Assembly: GCA_965261195.1 (NCBI GenBank)
Contig: CBDHDC010000001.1
Span: 15,260-79,259 of the forward strand
DNA length: 64,000 bases
Direction: 5' to 3'
DNA from: Dehalococcoidia bacterium
GTDB lineage: Bacteria; Chloroflexota; Dehalococcoidia; Lucifugimonadales; UBA3495
Made by a program: the position numbers and the translations under genes. Below are positions 62,594 to 64,000 of this stretch, piece after piece (within the stretch, counting starts at the first letter, position 1; each line of letters opens with the position of its first letter). Below the pieces are notes generated by a model. The model was not told where the DNA came from. It saw nothing but the letters and a program-made list of their open reading frames with translations, and made no database searches.

Positions 62594-64000
62594 GGCGTTT
62601 CCCCAAGCATGGGTTGTCTGTAGCGTGGCGCGCGCACGTCGCCGTAGGCGGCGGCATGGTTGCTCAGGGCTTCCAGGATGGCTCGCTCGTCGGAGCCGGC
62701 GGGGGCTAGTTCGATGAGCGCTTGGATTATCTGGTGGAACAGCGCATTTCGTTGAAGCCCGCGGCTGTCCAGATATTCGTTTACCCTCACCTGATCCCCT
62801 GCCCGCCACAGCTGCATCAGCTTGTGCATCTGGTCGATGAGAGGAACGGGCCGGCCACCCACTCCTTCCAGTCCCAGATTCCTGCCTCGCCTCTGGTTCC
62901 AGGCTTTCAGCTTTACCTTGGCGCCACCCCCGCTCTCCCCATCATCTGCATTCTCGGACGGTTCGCCTTCCGGTTCATCGGATGCCGAGCCATTGCGGGA
63001 TTGGGCCAGCATATCGTGTTGGTTCACCAGCGCCGAGTCGGAGAGATTGCACGACATGGCGTAGAGTATGCACCCGCCCACCGGCGCGGCATCCAGGCCG
63101 AAGTCGTGGCGGTGCAGCAGATAGTAAGTGGTCACGTCGTCCAAGCCGGTAACAGCCTCTTCGCCGTCCTGGGTTAACACCCGGCCCACGACGAAGTCCA
63201 CCACCATACGCCGGACCTCCCGCAGGAAATCCGAGACGCTCATAATCTCGTCCGGGGCGTTGGCCTTCTTGACCACCGGGTGCTTGCTGAAGGCTTCCAG
63301 GGCGGGGCCGGTGGCGGCCCATACGAAGTCCGGGCCCCGAATGCCGGCGTCCCAGAAGTCCCGGAGTTTCTGGGTGATGTTCTCCCGCATCTCCTCAAGG
63401 ACGATATTATCCCAGCCAGGGCGGGATGGCGGCCGCTTCTTGCAGACAAGCCAGACAGACGAGGCTAGGGCTGCGGAGCCGATGGCTCGGTTGCGACTGC
63501 CCCTCTCAGTCTGGATTGGCCAGGAACCATCGACCACAAATCCTGCCCGTATCAAGGCCGCAACAAGAGTCTCCCACGCATCGGGTTGCTTGTTGGCGAA
63601 CACAACGACGAACCGCCCATCTTTTTGCAGCGCAGCGAGGCAAGCCTGAAACGCTCTGGCCATGCCGTCCTCGTAATTCCTCTTAGACAGCGCTTGGTCA
63701 CCTTGAAATCGGCTGGCATCATCAATCAACTCGCCGTCGCCGGTGCAATGATTCCATTTGGGACCAAGGTGTTCCCGAAAGGCGGCGTCTACCTCGTGGG
63801 AAAGCCCATGCGCCGCTCGCCGAAGCCAAACATAGAAAAAATCCATACAGTCTGAGTAGGGGATTGCGTCATAGTACGGTGGGTCGGTGATGATAACGTC
63901 GTATTCTCCCGATGACTTATTTGCACTAACGTTCTTTGTGCTTGGCGTTTCCGGTAATTGAGATGATTCGAGCGCGTGGGTGATAAAGCGTGACACCCAA
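62590..64000 (-). CDS. DUF1156-type DNA methyltransferase, N-terminus beyond the right edge
   Basis: YDVIITDPPYYDAIPYSDCMDFFYVWLRR (DPPY catalytic motif in the DUF1156 context), RFVVVFANKQPDAWETLVAALIRAGF. The frame is still open at 64000. Confidence 0.75.
   Translation of the reverse strand, partial: WVSRFITHALESSQLPETPSTKNVSANKSSGEYDVIITDPPYYDAIPYSDCMDFFYVWLRRAAHGLSHEVDAAFREHLGPKWNHCTGDGELIDDASRFQGDQALSKRNYEDGMARAFQACLAALQKDGRFVVVFANKQPDAWETLVAALIRAGFVVDGSWPIQTERGSRNRAIGSAALASSVWLVCKKRPPSRPGWDNIVLEEMRENITQKLRDFWDAGIRGPDFVWAATGPALEAFSKHPVVKKANAPDEIMSVSDFLREVRRMVVDFVVGRVLTQDGEEAVTGLDDVTTYYLLHRHDFGLDAAPVGGCILYAMSCNLSDSALVNQHDMLAQSRNGSASDEPEGEPSENADDGESGGGAKVKLKAWNQRRGRNLGLEGVGGRPVPLIDQMHKLMQLWRAGDQVRVNEYLDSRGLQRNALFHQIIQALIELAPAGSDERAILEALSNHAAAYGDVRAPRYRQPMLGETP

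Noticed and set aside
1-64000. Searched by eye for cas genes, tRNA/tmRNA genes (possible integration sites), rRNA and a tyrosine integrase.
   Set aside because: None was recognised. Absence by eye is weak evidence, so tRNAscan-SE/Infernal and cas HMMs should be run. No T-arm-like GGTTCGAATCC motifs were seen in the intergenic regions I read.

Overview
This is 64 kb of bacterial DNA at roughly 62-64% GC. I saw no rRNA or tRNA, and the taxon cannot be determined from the sequence alone. The window falls into three zones. (1) 1-25 kb holds ordinary-looking accessory metabolism and transport genes: GT4 glycosyltransferase, CDF transporter, alpha/beta hydrolase, LLM oxidoreductase, FAD oxidoreductase, SMP-30 lactonase, PuuE-like deacetylase, SnoaL-like protein and 2-hydroxyacid dehydrogenase. 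It also holds a degraded helicase-IV gene, an intact 1340-aa type IIG restriction-modification enzyme and many IS/MITE insertions. (2) 25-57 kb is a decayed mosaic of plasmid/phage-like modules. These include two ParA + RHH partition loci, a winged-helix/DnaA_N-type Rep gene with iterons, and a 252-bp AT-rich iteron block present twice 10.45 kb apart. There are also three paralogues of an unknown protein family, VapBC remnants, AbiE, a DHH phosphoesterase, and a truncated serine recombinase with res-like repeats. Fragments of IS1380, ISNCY, IS21 and IS4-like elements are present, along with two cas-less type I-E-like mini-CRISPR arrays bracketing a low-GC gene. (3) 57.4-64 kb is a translationally coupled minus-strand operon: DUF1156 methylase / ABC ATPase / TOPRIM-like protein / DUF499 ATPase. 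This is my top candidate for an undescribed composite defence system. Across the window, several families of TA-flanked MITEs plus IS630 copies form head-to-tail chains at CTAG sites. At least ten genes are frameshifted, and all of them are mobile or accessory genes, while the largest ORFs are intact. All protein-family calls come from motif recognition by eye, not from searches.
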